Origin: an uncultured Nitrospinaceae bacterium
GTDB taxonomy: Bacteria; UBA8248
Direction: 5' to 3'
DNA: 58,306 nt
Assembly (NCBI GenBank): GCA_964558115.1
Contig: CAZLCI010000003.1
Coordinates: 1-58,306 of the forward strand
The position numbers and the translations under genes were made by a program. This document shows, in pieces, positions 21,853-31,326 of this stretch. Every line of letters starts with the position of its first letter. Within the stretch, counting starts at the first letter, position 1. A model generated the notes under the pieces. The model was not told where the DNA came from. It did not search any database and saw nothing but the letters and a program-made list of their open reading frames with translations.

Positions 21853-23052
21853 ATGTCATCTGAAAAATCTTTCCCATTACAAGGGATTAAAGTAATTGAT
21901 GTCGGCACATTGTTTGCGGGTCCTTGGATTGCAACATATATGGCCGATTTTGGTGCAGATGTTGTGAAAATAGAGCATCCCAAAGGTGATTCTCTGAGAA
22001 ATTTTGCATCCAAAAAAAATGGTGTCTCGTTATGGTGGAAATTTGCAGGAAGAAACAAAAAATCCGTAACATGTAATATTTCTACAAAAGAAGGTCAGAA
22101 AATCCTCAAAAAACTTTGTAAAAATTCAGATGTTTTAGTTGAAAATTTTAGGCCTGGAACACTCGAAAAATGGAATTTATCGTTTAAAGAACTCCATAAA
22201 ATCAATCCAAAACTTATTTTAGTTAGAACAAGTGGATTTGGCCAAAAAGGAAAATATTCTCGTAGACCAGGATTTGGAACACTTGCAGAAGCAATGAGCG
22301 GTTTTGCACATATAACAGGAAATCCAGAATCTACTCCAACACTCCCTTCCATTCCACTTGCTGATGGAATAAGTGCATTATTTGGAACTTATGCTGTTAT
22401 GATGGCACTTTATCATAGAGATGTTCATAACACTCTAGGGCAAGAAATAGATATCTCAATATATGAACCAATAACTCATCTTTTAGGTCCTCAATCGCTT
22501 GAATATGACCAACTAGGAAAAATACAGGGGAGAACCGGAAATACAATTCCATTTTCTGCCCCAAGAAATACATATAAATGCAAAGACGGCAGATATGTAG
22601 CTATTTCTTGCAGCACAGACAGTATTTTCAAAAGAACTATGGAAGCAGTTGGGAGAAAAGATTTAGCTGAAGATCAAAAATTGTCGACTCAGGAAGGCAG
22701 AGTTCATAATATGAAAGAACTAGATGAGGCAATACAAAATTGGATTGAAAATCACACTTTAGAGGAAACCGTACAGCATTTTTCTGAATATGAAAGCGCT
22801 CTAGCTCCGGTAAATGATATCGCGCAACTAATGTCAGATCCACATGTAAAAGAACGCGGAACTTTTGCTGAAATAGATGATGAAGAATTGGGTAAAATTA
22901 AAATGCCAAACGTAATACCTGAGCTAAGTGAGTCTCCAGGTAAAATCCGATGGGCTGGTCCACCAAAAGGAAAGCACACTGAAGAAGTTTTATTAAATTT
23001 AGGATATTCTAAAACAGATTTAAAAAAATTCTATGACTCAAACATTATTTGA
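21853..23052 (+). CDS. Family III CoA-transferase (CaiB/BaiF family)
   Basis: 399 aa. The N-terminal block is PLQGIKVIDVGTLFAGPWIATYMADFGADVVKIEHP, followed by the typical LVENFRPGTLEKW. Confidence 0.85.
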   Translation: MSSEKSFPLQGIKVIDVGTLFAGPWIATYMADFGADVVKIEHPKGDSLRNFASKKNGVSLWWKFAGRNKKSVTCNISTKEGQKILKKLCKNSDVLVENFRPGTLEKWNLSFKELHKINPKLILVRTSGFGQKGKYSRRPGFGTLAEAMSGFAHITGNPESTPTLPSIPLADGISALFGTYAVMMALYHRDVHNTLGQEIDISIYEPITHLLGPQSLEYDQLGKIQGRTGNTIPFSAPRNTYKCKDGRYVAISCSTDSIFKRTMEAVGRKDLAEDQKLSTQEGRVHNMKELDEAIQNWIENHTLEETVQHFSEYESALAPVNDIAQLMSDPHVKERGTFAEIDDEELGKIKMPNVIPELSESPGKIRWAGPPKGKHTEEVLLNLGYSKTDLKKFYDSNII

Positions 23053-23061
23053 CCTTTGAAA

Positions 23062-23946
23062 ATGACCTCCATAATCTTCCATCCAAAGTACCACGCAGAA
23101 ATCGGAAATCATGTGATGCAAATAGATAAATATAAAAAAGTATTTGATAAATTAAATGAATTGAATATTAAAAAACAAAATTTTCATAAGCCTTTAAAAG
23201 TGAGCATTGGAGAATTAGCTTTAATTCATTCAAGTGAATACATTAATGAATTCCTGTCTGCAAAACACACCACAAAAACAATTTCAAGCGAACTGCCTTT
23301 AGATAATCATATAGTTGACTTTTTCCTATATGCAACTGGTGGAACAATACTTGCAGCAAAAAAAGCTCTAGAAAAAAACTATGCTATAAACTTAAATGGT
23401 GGGTTTCATCATGCTTTTAAAAATAAAGCAGAAGGGTTTTGTTACATCAACGATATAGCTGTGGCAATTGCAACCTTGCAAAACGAAAACAGAATAAAAC
23501 GCGCCCTTGTCATAGATTGTGATTTACACCAAGGAAATGGAACCGCCCGAATTTTTAGAAACGATGAAAGAGTTTTTACTTTTTCGATTCACCAGCAAAA
23601 TATTTATCCAATAAAAGAAAAAAGTAATTTAGATATTGGCCTATATGACCTAACTGGGGATAGTGATTATTTAAAACATATTGAAAAAAGTATTCCAAAA
23701 ATTCTCAATTCACACCGTCCTGAACTAGTTATTTATCAAGCGGGCGCCGATCCCTTTTCAGGTGATCAATTAGGTTCTTTGAAAATTACAAAGGAAGGCT
23801 TACGAAAAAGAGATGATTTAGTTATAGAAAATTGCAAAAAATTATGTGTCCCTATAGCGGGAACTTTAGGTGGGGGTTATGCGACTGATCCTGGAGATAC
23901 CGTAGACATTCACTTACAAACTTCGCTATCCTTCATAAATGCTTAA
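23062..23946 (+). CDS. Histone deacetylase-family amidohydrolase (AcuC/acetylpolyamine-type)
   Basis: It has the HDAC catalytic blocks GGFHHA, EGFCYINDIAVA, DCDLHQGNG, YQAGADP and GGGY. The ORF opens with a TTG at 23056 and the first ATG is at 23062. Confidence 0.85.
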   Translation: MTSIIFHPKYHAEIGNHVMQIDKYKKVFDKLNELNIKKQNFHKPLKVSIGELALIHSSEYINEFLSAKHTTKTISSELPLDNHIVDFFLYATGGTILAAKKALEKNYAINLNGGFHHAFKNKAEGFCYINDIAVAIATLQNENRIKRALVIDCDLHQGNGTARIFRNDERVFTFSIHQQNIYPIKEKSNLDIGLYDLTGDSDYLKHIEKSIPKILNSHRPELVIYQAGADPFSGDQLGSLKITKEGLRKRDDLVIENCKKLCVPIAGTLGGGYATDPGDTVDIHLQTSLSFINA

Positions 23947-23978
23947 ATCAACTTTTTTTTCTATAAGAAAAAAGGTCT

Positions 23979-25286
23979 TTGCGTCTAGTGAACTCTAAAG
24001 GAAGTAAAACTTCTTCTACCTTTTATTATGGTTGGCTGATTGTCTGTTTGTCTCATTTTACACTGGCATTCCATGTCGTAACTCGTTTTTCCTTCGGAAT
24101 TTTTCAAGTACCACTAATCGAAGAATTCGAATGGGGCAGAGGATTGCTTGGCGGTGCATTTGCGCTTTCAATGGCAACCTATGCTCTAGGAGCACCATTA
24201 GCTGGCTCACTTCTAGACAAATACGGACCCAGAGCAATAATGCCCTGGGGTTCTGTTGTATTGGGAGTCACCTTGATTTTATCCTATTTTATTTCATCAA
24301 TTTTTGAAGTTTATTTGTTAATAGGGTTTTTTCTTGGTGGTGGATTAGCCTTGAGTGGCTTCGCTACTCACAGTGCAATTATGCCTCGTTGGTTTATACA
24401 AAAAAGAGGCAGGGCAACTGGCATCGCACTATCAGGTATTGGTATAGGTATTTTGTTTCTTGCTCCTATTTTAGAACGTTTAATTTCAATTTTTGGATGG
24501 AGAGTAACTTATCTCATTTTTGGGATAGTAATTCTTTTTGTTATAGCACCCTCTGGTTTTATTTTGCTTAGAGATCATCCGGAAGATGTAGGACAAGGAC
24601 CCGATGGCACTCAGCCTCGTTCAAAAGAAGATTTTAAAAAGGTTTATGGAGACAAAAATCAGAAAAAAGGAATTCGAGATGTCTTTAATGAAGTTCGTAA
24701 GGATAAAAGATTTTGGTTTTTAATGGTAATAGTTTTCGGAATTGGTTTTAATAATAATACAATTATGAGCCAACTCGCTCTTTATCTTATAGACATAAAA
24801 TATCTGCCCGTGACAGCAGCTATTATTTTTGGTTCAGTCGGATTTATAAGAACACTAGGAAGTATAATTGGTGGGTGGGTAGGCGATCTGATTGGTCGTG
24901 CATATGGAGTTTCACTTGCTTCCTTTATAGTTGGAATGGGCATAGTTTATTTAATTTTACTTCCAAATTTTGGATCAAGTTTAATCAATGGCTTTATTTT
25001 TGCAATCATTTACGGAACTGGAACTGGGGCAATGAGTGCCTGTTATTCGGCTCTTTGCGGTGATTGTTTTGAAGGACCCAACTATGGGATTATCATAGGA
25101 TTTATGGAAATATGTTACGGGTTGGGAGGGGTCTTAGGTGCGCCTTTTGCTGGGTTTGTTTTTGATACAACTAAAAGCTATGCGATTCCTTTCATAACTA
25201 TTTCATGCTTGATGTTTTTTGCTTTGTTTTTATCAATATTGCTTAATAGAGCGATTCAAAGAGAGAGAAAAATCAGTCAATTTTAG
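23979..25286 (+). CDS. MFS transporter
   Basis: 435 aa with about 12 hydrophobic segments in a 6+6 arrangement and a charged central loop. The apparent start is a TTG. Confidence 0.8.
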   Translation: MRLVNSKGSKTSSTFYYGWLIVCLSHFTLAFHVVTRFSFGIFQVPLIEEFEWGRGLLGGAFALSMATYALGAPLAGSLLDKYGPRAIMPWGSVVLGVTLILSYFISSIFEVYLLIGFFLGGGLALSGFATHSAIMPRWFIQKRGRATGIALSGIGIGILFLAPILERLISIFGWRVTYLIFGIVILFVIAPSGFILLRDHPEDVGQGPDGTQPRSKEDFKKVYGDKNQKKGIRDVFNEVRKDKRFWFLMVIVFGIGFNNNTIMSQLALYLIDIKYLPVTAAIIFGSVGFIRTLGSIIGGWVGDLIGRAYGVSLASFIVGMGIVYLILLPNFGSSLINGFIFAIIYGTGTGAMSACYSALCGDCFEGPNYGIIIGFMEICYGLGGVLGAPFAGFVFDTTKSYAIPFITISCLMFFALFLSILLNRAIQRERKISQF

Positions 25287-25971
25287 TTCTTTTTTTTCGA
25301 TCTATTATGACAACAATTTCTCCTTTTAATTTTCTATTACCTAAAAGTTGAGAAACTTCCAAAGAAGTTCCTCTGATAAATTCCTCATATACTTTAGTAA
25401 GTTCGCGAGCTATTACAATTTTTCGTTCTGAATCAAGTAAAGCTATTTCATCTACTAGTTTATGTATCCTAAAAGGTGATTCAAATAAAACGACAGTTCT
25501 GTTTTCATTGAGCAATGTTTCAATTTTTCCTCTCCTTTTTTCTCCTTTTTGAGGCAAAAAACCTTCAAAAACAAAACTGTCTGTTGGCAACCCTGAAGCA
25601 ACAAGTGCAGTGATAATAGAACATGGGCCAGGAATGGGAATAATCGGAATATTATTTTTTATTCCCTCTGAAACAACTCTATAAGCAGGATCGGAAATTC
25701 CGGGTGTCCCGGCGTCAGAAACAACAGCAACACTCTTTTCATTTAAAACATAATCTATCAAAGTCTGAGATTTTCGTAACTCATTATGTTCATGATAGCT
25801 AATCACGCGTGTTTTTATTTTTAATTTAACAAGTATTTTTTTTGATCGTCTAGTATCCTCACATGCAATTATATCGCAGTCAGTCAGTATTTCTATTTGA
25901 CGTTCGGACAAATCTCCTAGATTTCCAATAGGAGTTGAAACAAGATAAATACCGGGGCTAAGTTCCGACAT
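25273..25971 (-). CDS. rsmI: 16S rRNA (cytidine1402-2'-O)-methyltransferase
   Basis: 232 aa with the tetrapyrrole-methylase-fold RsmI N-terminus (LYLVSTPIGNLGDLS...ILTDCDIIACEDTR). Confidence 0.9.
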   Translation of the reverse strand: MSELSPGIYLVSTPIGNLGDLSERQIEILTDCDIIACEDTRRSKKILVKLKIKTRVISYHEHNELRKSQTLIDYVLNEKSVAVVSDAGTPGISDPAYRVVSEGIKNNIPIIPIPGPCSIITALVASGLPTDSFVFEGFLPQKGEKRRGKIETLLNENRTVVLFESPFRIHKLVDEIALLDSERKIVIARELTKVYEEFIRGTSLEVSQLLGNRKLKGEIVVIIDRKKRTKID

Positions 25972-25982
25972 TTAAACCTCTG

Positions 25983-27152
25983 CTAGTTGATAATTTCCTT
26001 TTTTCGTAATTCTGAAATTGCCTCTTTGCTTTTGCCGTATTCTAGTAGAATTTCTTTGGTGTGTTCCCCTAAAACAGGAGAGGGTGTTCTTATAACACCA
26101 GGAGTCAAAGAAAGTTTTGGAGGAAACCCCAAAACCTTTACATGACCTGCATTAGGATGTTCTATCTCAACACACATATTTCGGGCTTGGATTTGTGGAT
26201 GTGAAAATGTTTCCTGCATATTTAAAATAGGGCCGCAGGGGACTTTTGCTTCGTCTAAAATTTTTATCCACTCATCTCTATTTTTCTTCATAAACTCTAA
26301 CTCAAGATCCTTCGCAAGCTGCTTATAATTTTCTGTTCGAGACGAATTCTCCGCATAATCTGGGTGCGTTAAAAATTCTTCTCTTTTAATCGCTTCACAT
26401 AATCTTTCCCAGCTTTTTTGATTTGCAGCACCTAAAACTAAATAACCATCCTTGCATTTTATCGCCTGGTATGGAGCTGTCATTTCATGAGCGGAACCTC
26501 GGGGAATAGGGATTTCTCCTGTCGGAAAAAACTGAGAAGCTGCCCAAAAAGTATACCCAAGCCCTGAATCTGTAAGCGAAGTGTCAATAAACTGTCCTAA
26601 ACCTGTTTTTTGTTTATGTATGTATGCAGACAAGACAGAAAATGCTGTATAGATTCCAGCATTTAAATCACAAATTGGAACTGGTATTTTAGAAGGAGTT
26701 CCTCCTTGCTCTCCAGTAAAGCTCATTAAACTAGAAAGCCCCTGGGACACTAAATCAAAACCACCTTTTTTAGAAAAAGGTCCCGTTTTTCCATATCCTG
26801 AAATGGAAGCATAAATAATCGAATTGTTTATGATTTTAAGATCATTATAACCTAACCCCATCCTATCGAGGGTTCCAGGCCTTAAATTTTCTATAAATAC
26901 ATCAACTTTTTTTATTAATTCCTTTAAAAGTTTTATTCCTGACTCTTTCTTTAGGTTTAAAACTATACTTCGTTTGTTCCGATTAAGATTCATAAAGCCA
27001 TGTCCTTCACCACCGTCAAAGTAACGACCCATATCTCTTGCTGTATCTCCGCCATCTGGGTTTTCTACTTTAATTACATCGGCACCCATGTCTGCTAATA
27101 AACAACCACAAAATGGACCTGCCATCACCTGACAAACTTCTATTACCTTCAT
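25983..27152 (-). CDS. Family III CoA-transferase (CaiB/BaiF family), paralog of 21853-23052
   Basis: 389 aa with the blocks VIEVCQVMAGPFCGCLLADMGADVIKVE and FIENLRPGTLDRMG. The conserved residues GALDG lie in frame upstream of the first ATG, so the start is uncertain. Confidence 0.85.
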   Translation of the reverse strand: MKVIEVCQVMAGPFCGCLLADMGADVIKVENPDGGDTARDMGRYFDGGEGHGFMNLNRNKRSIVLNLKKESGIKLLKELIKKVDVFIENLRPGTLDRMGLGYNDLKIINNSIIYASISGYGKTGPFSKKGGFDLVSQGLSSLMSFTGEQGGTPSKIPVPICDLNAGIYTAFSVLSAYIHKQKTGLGQFIDTSLTDSGLGYTFWAASQFFPTGEIPIPRGSAHEMTAPYQAIKCKDGYLVLGAANQKSWERLCEAIKREEFLTHPDYAENSSRTENYKQLAKDLELEFMKKNRDEWIKILDEAKVPCGPILNMQETFSHPQIQARNMCVEIEHPNAGHVKVLGFPPKLSLTPGVIRTPSPVLGEHTKEILLEYGKSKEAISELRKKEIIN

Positions 27153-27184
27153 TCCATCTAAAGCACCCTGGGTCTCTTCGATTT

Positions 27185-27985
27185 CTATCTCCCTTTAAAT
27201 TCTGGTTTTCTTTTTTCAAGGAAAGCCGTAACACCCTCTTTAAAATCTTCTGTGTCAAAACATTCAAATTCTTCACTTAGATTTTTTTCTGACAATGAAT
27301 CCAAGCTTCCATCTAATAAAATTCGATCTATAAAACTTTTATGCCACATATGTGCCAATGGAGACAAAGAAGCGATCCTCTCTGCTAAGTCATATGTAGT
27401 CTTTTCAACTTCAATGTCAGGGACAATTTGAGTCAAAAATCCGGCAGAAAACATTTCTTTAGAAGTAAAAAGTCTACCCGTGAAAAGCATTTCTATTGTT
27501 TTTGTTGGTCCAATTTTTTGAACAAAATGTTTTAATTCTGAATGCCCTGCTACCAATCCTAATTTAGCTGCTGGAATTCCAAACATGCTGCTCTCTCCAG
27601 ATATTCTTAAGTCCGTAGTGGCAGCCAACTCTATTCCGCCACCTATACAATAACCTTGTATTAAAGAAAGAACGGGTTTTGGGAAGTCACTAACCGATTT
27701 TAATCCTTGCAAAAATCCTGAGGATGCATAATTTTGGGCTTGCTTTGAGTTAAAACGTTCTTCTGCAAATCTTGAAATGTCAGCGCCAGAAGAAAAGGCT
27801 TTATCTCCTTCTCCTTTAAAAACAACAACACGGACAGAAGAATCATCAGACAACCCCGACATAACTTTTTTAATTTCTGCCCACATTTCTAGCTCTATTG
27901 CGTTCATTCTATCAGGAGCGTTAATTATTACAGTCGCAATTGACCCTTTTTTATCACAAATAATCTTGTCTGAGCTTAAACTCAT
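27185..27985 (-). CDS. Enoyl-CoA hydratase/isomerase family protein
   Basis: 266 aa with crotonase blocks (FKGEGDKAFSSGADI, LIQGYCIGGGIELAATTDLRI, EGVTAFLEKRKPEF). Confidence 0.85.
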   Translation of the reverse strand: MSLSSDKIICDKKGSIATVIINAPDRMNAIELEMWAEIKKVMSGLSDDSSVRVVVFKGEGDKAFSSGADISRFAEERFNSKQAQNYASSGFLQGLKSVSDFPKPVLSLIQGYCIGGGIELAATTDLRISGESSMFGIPAAKLGLVAGHSELKHFVQKIGPTKTIEMLFTGRLFTSKEMFSAGFLTQIVPDIEVEKTTYDLAERIASLSPLAHMWHKSFIDRILLDGSLDSLSEKNLSEEFECFDTEDFKEGVTAFLEKRKPEFKGR

Positions 27986-28139
27986 TTATTTAACATCCTC
28001 CAAAATTAAACTTTAATAATTTCTAACAGGAATTTCAAAAAAGAAGTACAAAAAGATTTAGATAAAAAATAGCGCGTTCTAAAAAACGAGAAAATATGAA
28101 AAGGCTATCAAAACATTAAGCATTAAAAAAATTAAAAAA

Positions 28140-28355
28140 CTAGTTTGTAGAATCATTAAATTCTTCTAACCACGCCATTTGTATGGATTCGAGCTTTCCT
28201 TCAGTTGATTTCATTGCATCATCATTAAAATTTTCCAGTTCACAAACCCAGTCATGTAAATCTGTAAAACGTACTGTGAGTGGATTAACATTAGGCATTT
28301 TTTCGAATAATTCTATTGCTATATCCTCAGCATCATCCCAGCCAAATTGTTCCAA
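28140..28355 (-). CDS. iscX: Fe-S assembly protein IscX
   Basis: 71 aa and acidic. It matches the IscX/YfhJ pattern (W.D..DIA..L.....NP..VRFTDLH.WV.ELE.F.DD). It is the last gene of the isc operon. Confidence 0.8.
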   Translation of the reverse strand: MEQFGWDDAEDIAIELFEKMPNVNPLTVRFTDLHDWVCELENFNDDAMKSTEGKLESIQMAWLEEFNDSTN

Positions 28356-28372
28356 TTTAAAAACTCTCCTTT

Positions 28373-28717
28373 TTAAGCATGAGCTGCATCTGGCCCTTCT
28401 TGGACTAAATTCACATTCCAGAATGGAATCTCGACTTTAATTAACTCTGCTGTCTCTTCTTGCAAAACAGCCTGGCAAGCTAATCTGCTACAAAGTTCTA
28501 AGTCTCTAGCATCATCTAATTGATCTTCTTCATCTTCGGTTGCTTCATTGAAGCTATCTATTCCCGCCCGAATTTTTACGTGACAAGTGGAACAGGCGCA
28601 AACTCCACCACAAGCATGATCTAAATCTATTCCATTACCTAGAGCCGCTTCTAAAATATTTTCTCCAACTTTTATTTCAATTGTTTTTTCTTCTTCTCTT
28701 ATAAAAAGTTTTGCCAC
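28373..28717 (-). CDS. fdx: ISC-type [2Fe-2S] ferredoxin
   Basis: 114 aa with the adrenodoxin-type ligand pattern HACGGVCACSTCHV ... CQAV. The start is a GTG. Confidence 0.9.
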   Translation of the reverse strand: MAKLFIREEEKTIEIKVGENILEAALGNGIDLDHACGGVCACSTCHVKIRAGIDSFNEATEDEEDQLDDARDLELCSRLACQAVLQEETAELIKVEIPFWNVNLVQEGPDAAHA

Positions 28718-28755
28718 ATGACCCCCTTTAGCCCAATGAAAGATAAAATATCCGA

Positions 28756-30597
28756 TTAATCTTTAAGAGCTTCACTTAATTTCCTGTTTTCAAGCGCAGA
28801 CTTAAGAACATCGTCCATAATTTGATCCGCAAACGGCATTGTTGTTTCATTTAATAAGTCAATTTTTTTACGAATAGCGACGGGATCTTCTCCCGTACAT
28901 TCTTTCTCAAGTTCACTAATTACACGTTTAATTTTTTTAATGTCTTCATCACTAATTTTTATTTTACCTATATTATCAAGAGCTCGAATTGTTGCAACGA
29001 GAATTGTGTGTGCTTCGTTCTTAGATTCCAATAATTGACGCATACGTATGTCTTCTTCCGCAAACTCAAATGATTCTAATAAAATTTTTTCTACTTTTTC
29101 ATCCGTCAAACCATATGAAGGTTGTACTTCTATAGTTGTAGCCTTGCCACTCCTGAGGTCTCTTGCGGTTACATTAAGTATTCCATTTGCATCTATCAGA
29201 AATGTTACTTCAACCCTAGGAATTCCAGCTGCGACAGGATCAATTTTTAAACGGAATCTAGATAAAGATCTATTGTCATTTACTAATTCTCTCTCCCCTT
29301 GAAGTACATGAATATTAACTCCTGTCTGATTGTCTTCAGAAGTAGTGTATATTTCCTTCGCGCTAGCGGGAATGGTAGTATTCCTAGGTATAATCCAACC
29401 CATTGTTCCACCTAAAGTTTCAATCCCTAAGGAAAGAGGTGTTACATCGAGCAAAAGGATGTCTTTTCTGTCACCAGATAAAATTTGGCCTTGAACTGCC
29501 GCTCCTAGCGCTACAACTTCATCGGGATTAATATCAGAATGTGATTTGATTGAAAAAAACTTCTCTGCTGCTTCTTTTACTATTGGCATACGTGTTGAAC
29601 CACCGACTAAAATCAATTCATCAACATCTTTTTTTGTTAAATTTCCGTCTAAAAGAACTTTTTCACATGCATCTAACGTTCGTTTAATAATCGGATTAAA
29701 AATCGATTCCAGTTCTTGGCGTGTAATCTCAATTTCGAACTTTTTGTTAATTTTTGGCAAATTGTCAATAATTATTTTTTTAGAATTACGTTCTAAATTC
29801 GAAAAAGAAATTTTTGTTTCCTCTGCTAAAAGAATCAACCTGGAAACCCCTTCAGGAGTATCATGTAAATCAATAGAAAATAGATTTTTTAATTTGTCAT
29901 TTATCAATTCTGATAATAGTCTATCAAAATCATCTCCTCCTAAATGTGTGTCTCCACCTGTAGACAAAACTTCAAAAATCCCATTTTTAACACGTAAAAT
30001 CGAGATATCGAAAGTGCCGCCACCCAAATCAAAAACAGCAATAACGCCGCGATTTTTTTCATGAAGACCATAAGCAAGGGATGCAGCAGTAGGCTCATTT
30101 ATAATTCGAAGTACATCAAGTCCTGCCAACCTTCCCGCATCTTTTGTAGCCTGTCTTTGAGAATCGTTAAAATATGCTGGTACTGTAATCACTGCTTTTG
30201 TAATTGTTCTTCGTAAAGATTTTTCAGCTCTTGCCTTTAAAGATCTTAATATTATTGAGCTTATTTCTGGTCCACTATATGATTTTCCTCTAGCCTTAAC
30301 ATGAACAACTTCTTTTTCATTAGGATCAATTTCAAAGGGAATAAAACTAAGTTCATTTTTAACATCATCAAAACCTTTCCCCATAAACCGTTTTACCGAA
30401 AAAACTGTACTCCGACTGTTTGTTTTTCGGGATTCTAGAGCTTCGTAACCAGATAAAACGCGATCATTATAAAAAGATACTACTGAAGGAAAAATATTAT
30501 CTTCACCATCAGAAGAAATAATAAAGGGGCCGTCATTATTAGCATAAGCGACTAAACTGTTGGTTGTTCCTAAATCAATACCAATTATATCATTCAC
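28756..30597 (-). CDS. hscA: Fe-S cluster assembly Hsp70-type chaperone HscA
   Basis: 613 aa with Hsp70 signatures (IGIDLGTTNS, DLGGGTFD, LVGGSTRMP) and an isc operon context. Confidence 0.95.
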   Translation of the reverse strand: MNDIIGIDLGTTNSLVAYANNDGPFIISSDGEDNIFPSVVSFYNDRVLSGYEALESRKTNSRSTVFSVKRFMGKGFDDVKNELSFIPFEIDPNEKEVVHVKARGKSYSGPEISSIILRSLKARAEKSLRRTITKAVITVPAYFNDSQRQATKDAGRLAGLDVLRIINEPTAASLAYGLHEKNRGVIAVFDLGGGTFDISILRVKNGIFEVLSTGGDTHLGGDDFDRLLSELINDKLKNLFSIDLHDTPEGVSRLILLAEETKISFSNLERNSKKIIIDNLPKINKKFEIEITRQELESIFNPIIKRTLDACEKVLLDGNLTKKDVDELILVGGSTRMPIVKEAAEKFFSIKSHSDINPDEVVALGAAVQGQILSGDRKDILLLDVTPLSLGIETLGGTMGWIIPRNTTIPASAKEIYTTSEDNQTGVNIHVLQGERELVNDNRSLSRFRLKIDPVAAGIPRVEVTFLIDANGILNVTARDLRSGKATTIEVQPSYGLTDEKVEKILLESFEFAEEDIRMRQLLESKNEAHTILVATIRALDNIGKIKISDEDIKKIKRVISELEKECTGEDPVAIRKKIDLLNETTMPFADQIMDDVLKSALENRKLSEALKD

Positions 30598-30598
30598 T

Positions 30599-31225
30599 TT
30601 AAGAACCCATTGCCCTGTCTAAACTTAATAAAATATTTTCAATATAATTTCTCAGACTTAACACTAATCTAATTTTTTGTATTAGTTCATCATCTGACAA
30701 ATATTGTGCCTCTGTTCGTTCATCCCAAGCTTTAGCATATTCTTCTAGGATTTCATTTTGCGATTTTCTGAAAGTTTCAAAACATTCTTTCGCAGCTAAA
30801 ACCCGTTTTTTCAGTTCTTCCGCTTTATCTTCTTCAAGACAACATTCAAGTTCCGCGGCTGTCTCCTGTGCTTCTAAAATTTCTTCTAACAAATCTGCGG
30901 GAGGATTAGAATCGTTTTCTTTTAACTTCCCGTTTTCTAGCTCTACTAAGTAGATCATTCGAAGAATACGGTTGCCCAATACTCTCTTTGCTTCATTGAT
31001 TCTGGTAGTAGCATCTAAACTTCTTATTTTTTCCGTTGTATTCGCATTTTGAAAAAAATCGGGATGTAATTGTTTACTTAAATCAAAAAAAACTTTTTCT
31101 AAAATACTAGAATCTATATTCATCTTTCTTGGTAAACCTAAAAGAGAAAAATGATCTATTTCATTGGGAATAGCTTTTATTGAGCCATTCTTATTGAATA
31201 AATGAAAAGAATTAGATTCCAGCAA
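30599..31225 (-). CDS. hscB: Fe-S assembly J-type co-chaperone HscB
   Basis: 208 aa with a J-domain carrying the HPD motif (LHPDFF) and a C-terminal helical domain. It lies immediately upstream of hscA. The apparent start is a TTG. Confidence 0.85.
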   Translation of the reverse strand: MLESNSFHLFNKNGSIKAIPNEIDHFSLLGLPRKMNIDSSILEKVFFDLSKQLHPDFFQNANTTEKIRSLDATTRINEAKRVLGNRILRMIYLVELENGKLKENDSNPPADLLEEILEAQETAAELECCLEEDKAEELKKRVLAAKECFETFRKSQNEILEEYAKAWDERTEAQYLSDDELIQKIRLVLSLRNYIENILLSLDRAMGS

Positions 31226-31271
31226 AAAATTCTCCTCTTACATCCTTTTTCTAAAATGTTGCATCTTAATT

Positions 31272-31314
31272 AAAAAACGCGCCGCGTTAAAGTTAATAAG
31301 CGCGTCGCGTTTCC
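31272..31314 (-). terminator. GC-rich hairpin flanked by A/T runs between iscA and hscB (intrinsic terminator or attenuator candidate)
   Basis: The minus-strand RNA reads AAACGCGACGCG-CUUAUUAACUUUAA-CGCGGCGCGUUUUUU. This gives a stem of about 11 bp with one mismatch, a 10-12 nt loop and a U6 tail. It lies 13 nt after the iscA stop. Confidence 0.55.
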
Positions 31315-31326
31315 TAAAAAATATCT

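Noticed and set aside
29546-30064. Long antisense ORFs inside conserved genes. These are 172 aa opposite hscA, 210 aa at 53368-54000 opposite mnmE, 161 aa at 43957-44442 opposite gyrB, 136 aa at 46130-46540 opposite recF, 133 aa at 48373-48774 opposite dnaA, and 138-139 aa at 51646-52062 and 52726-53145.
   Set aside because: Each lies fully within, and antisense to, a gene with an unambiguous family match. Their translations are low-complexity (S/F/L/I/P-rich) with no recognisable motifs. These are typical shadow ORFs of AT-rich coding DNA.
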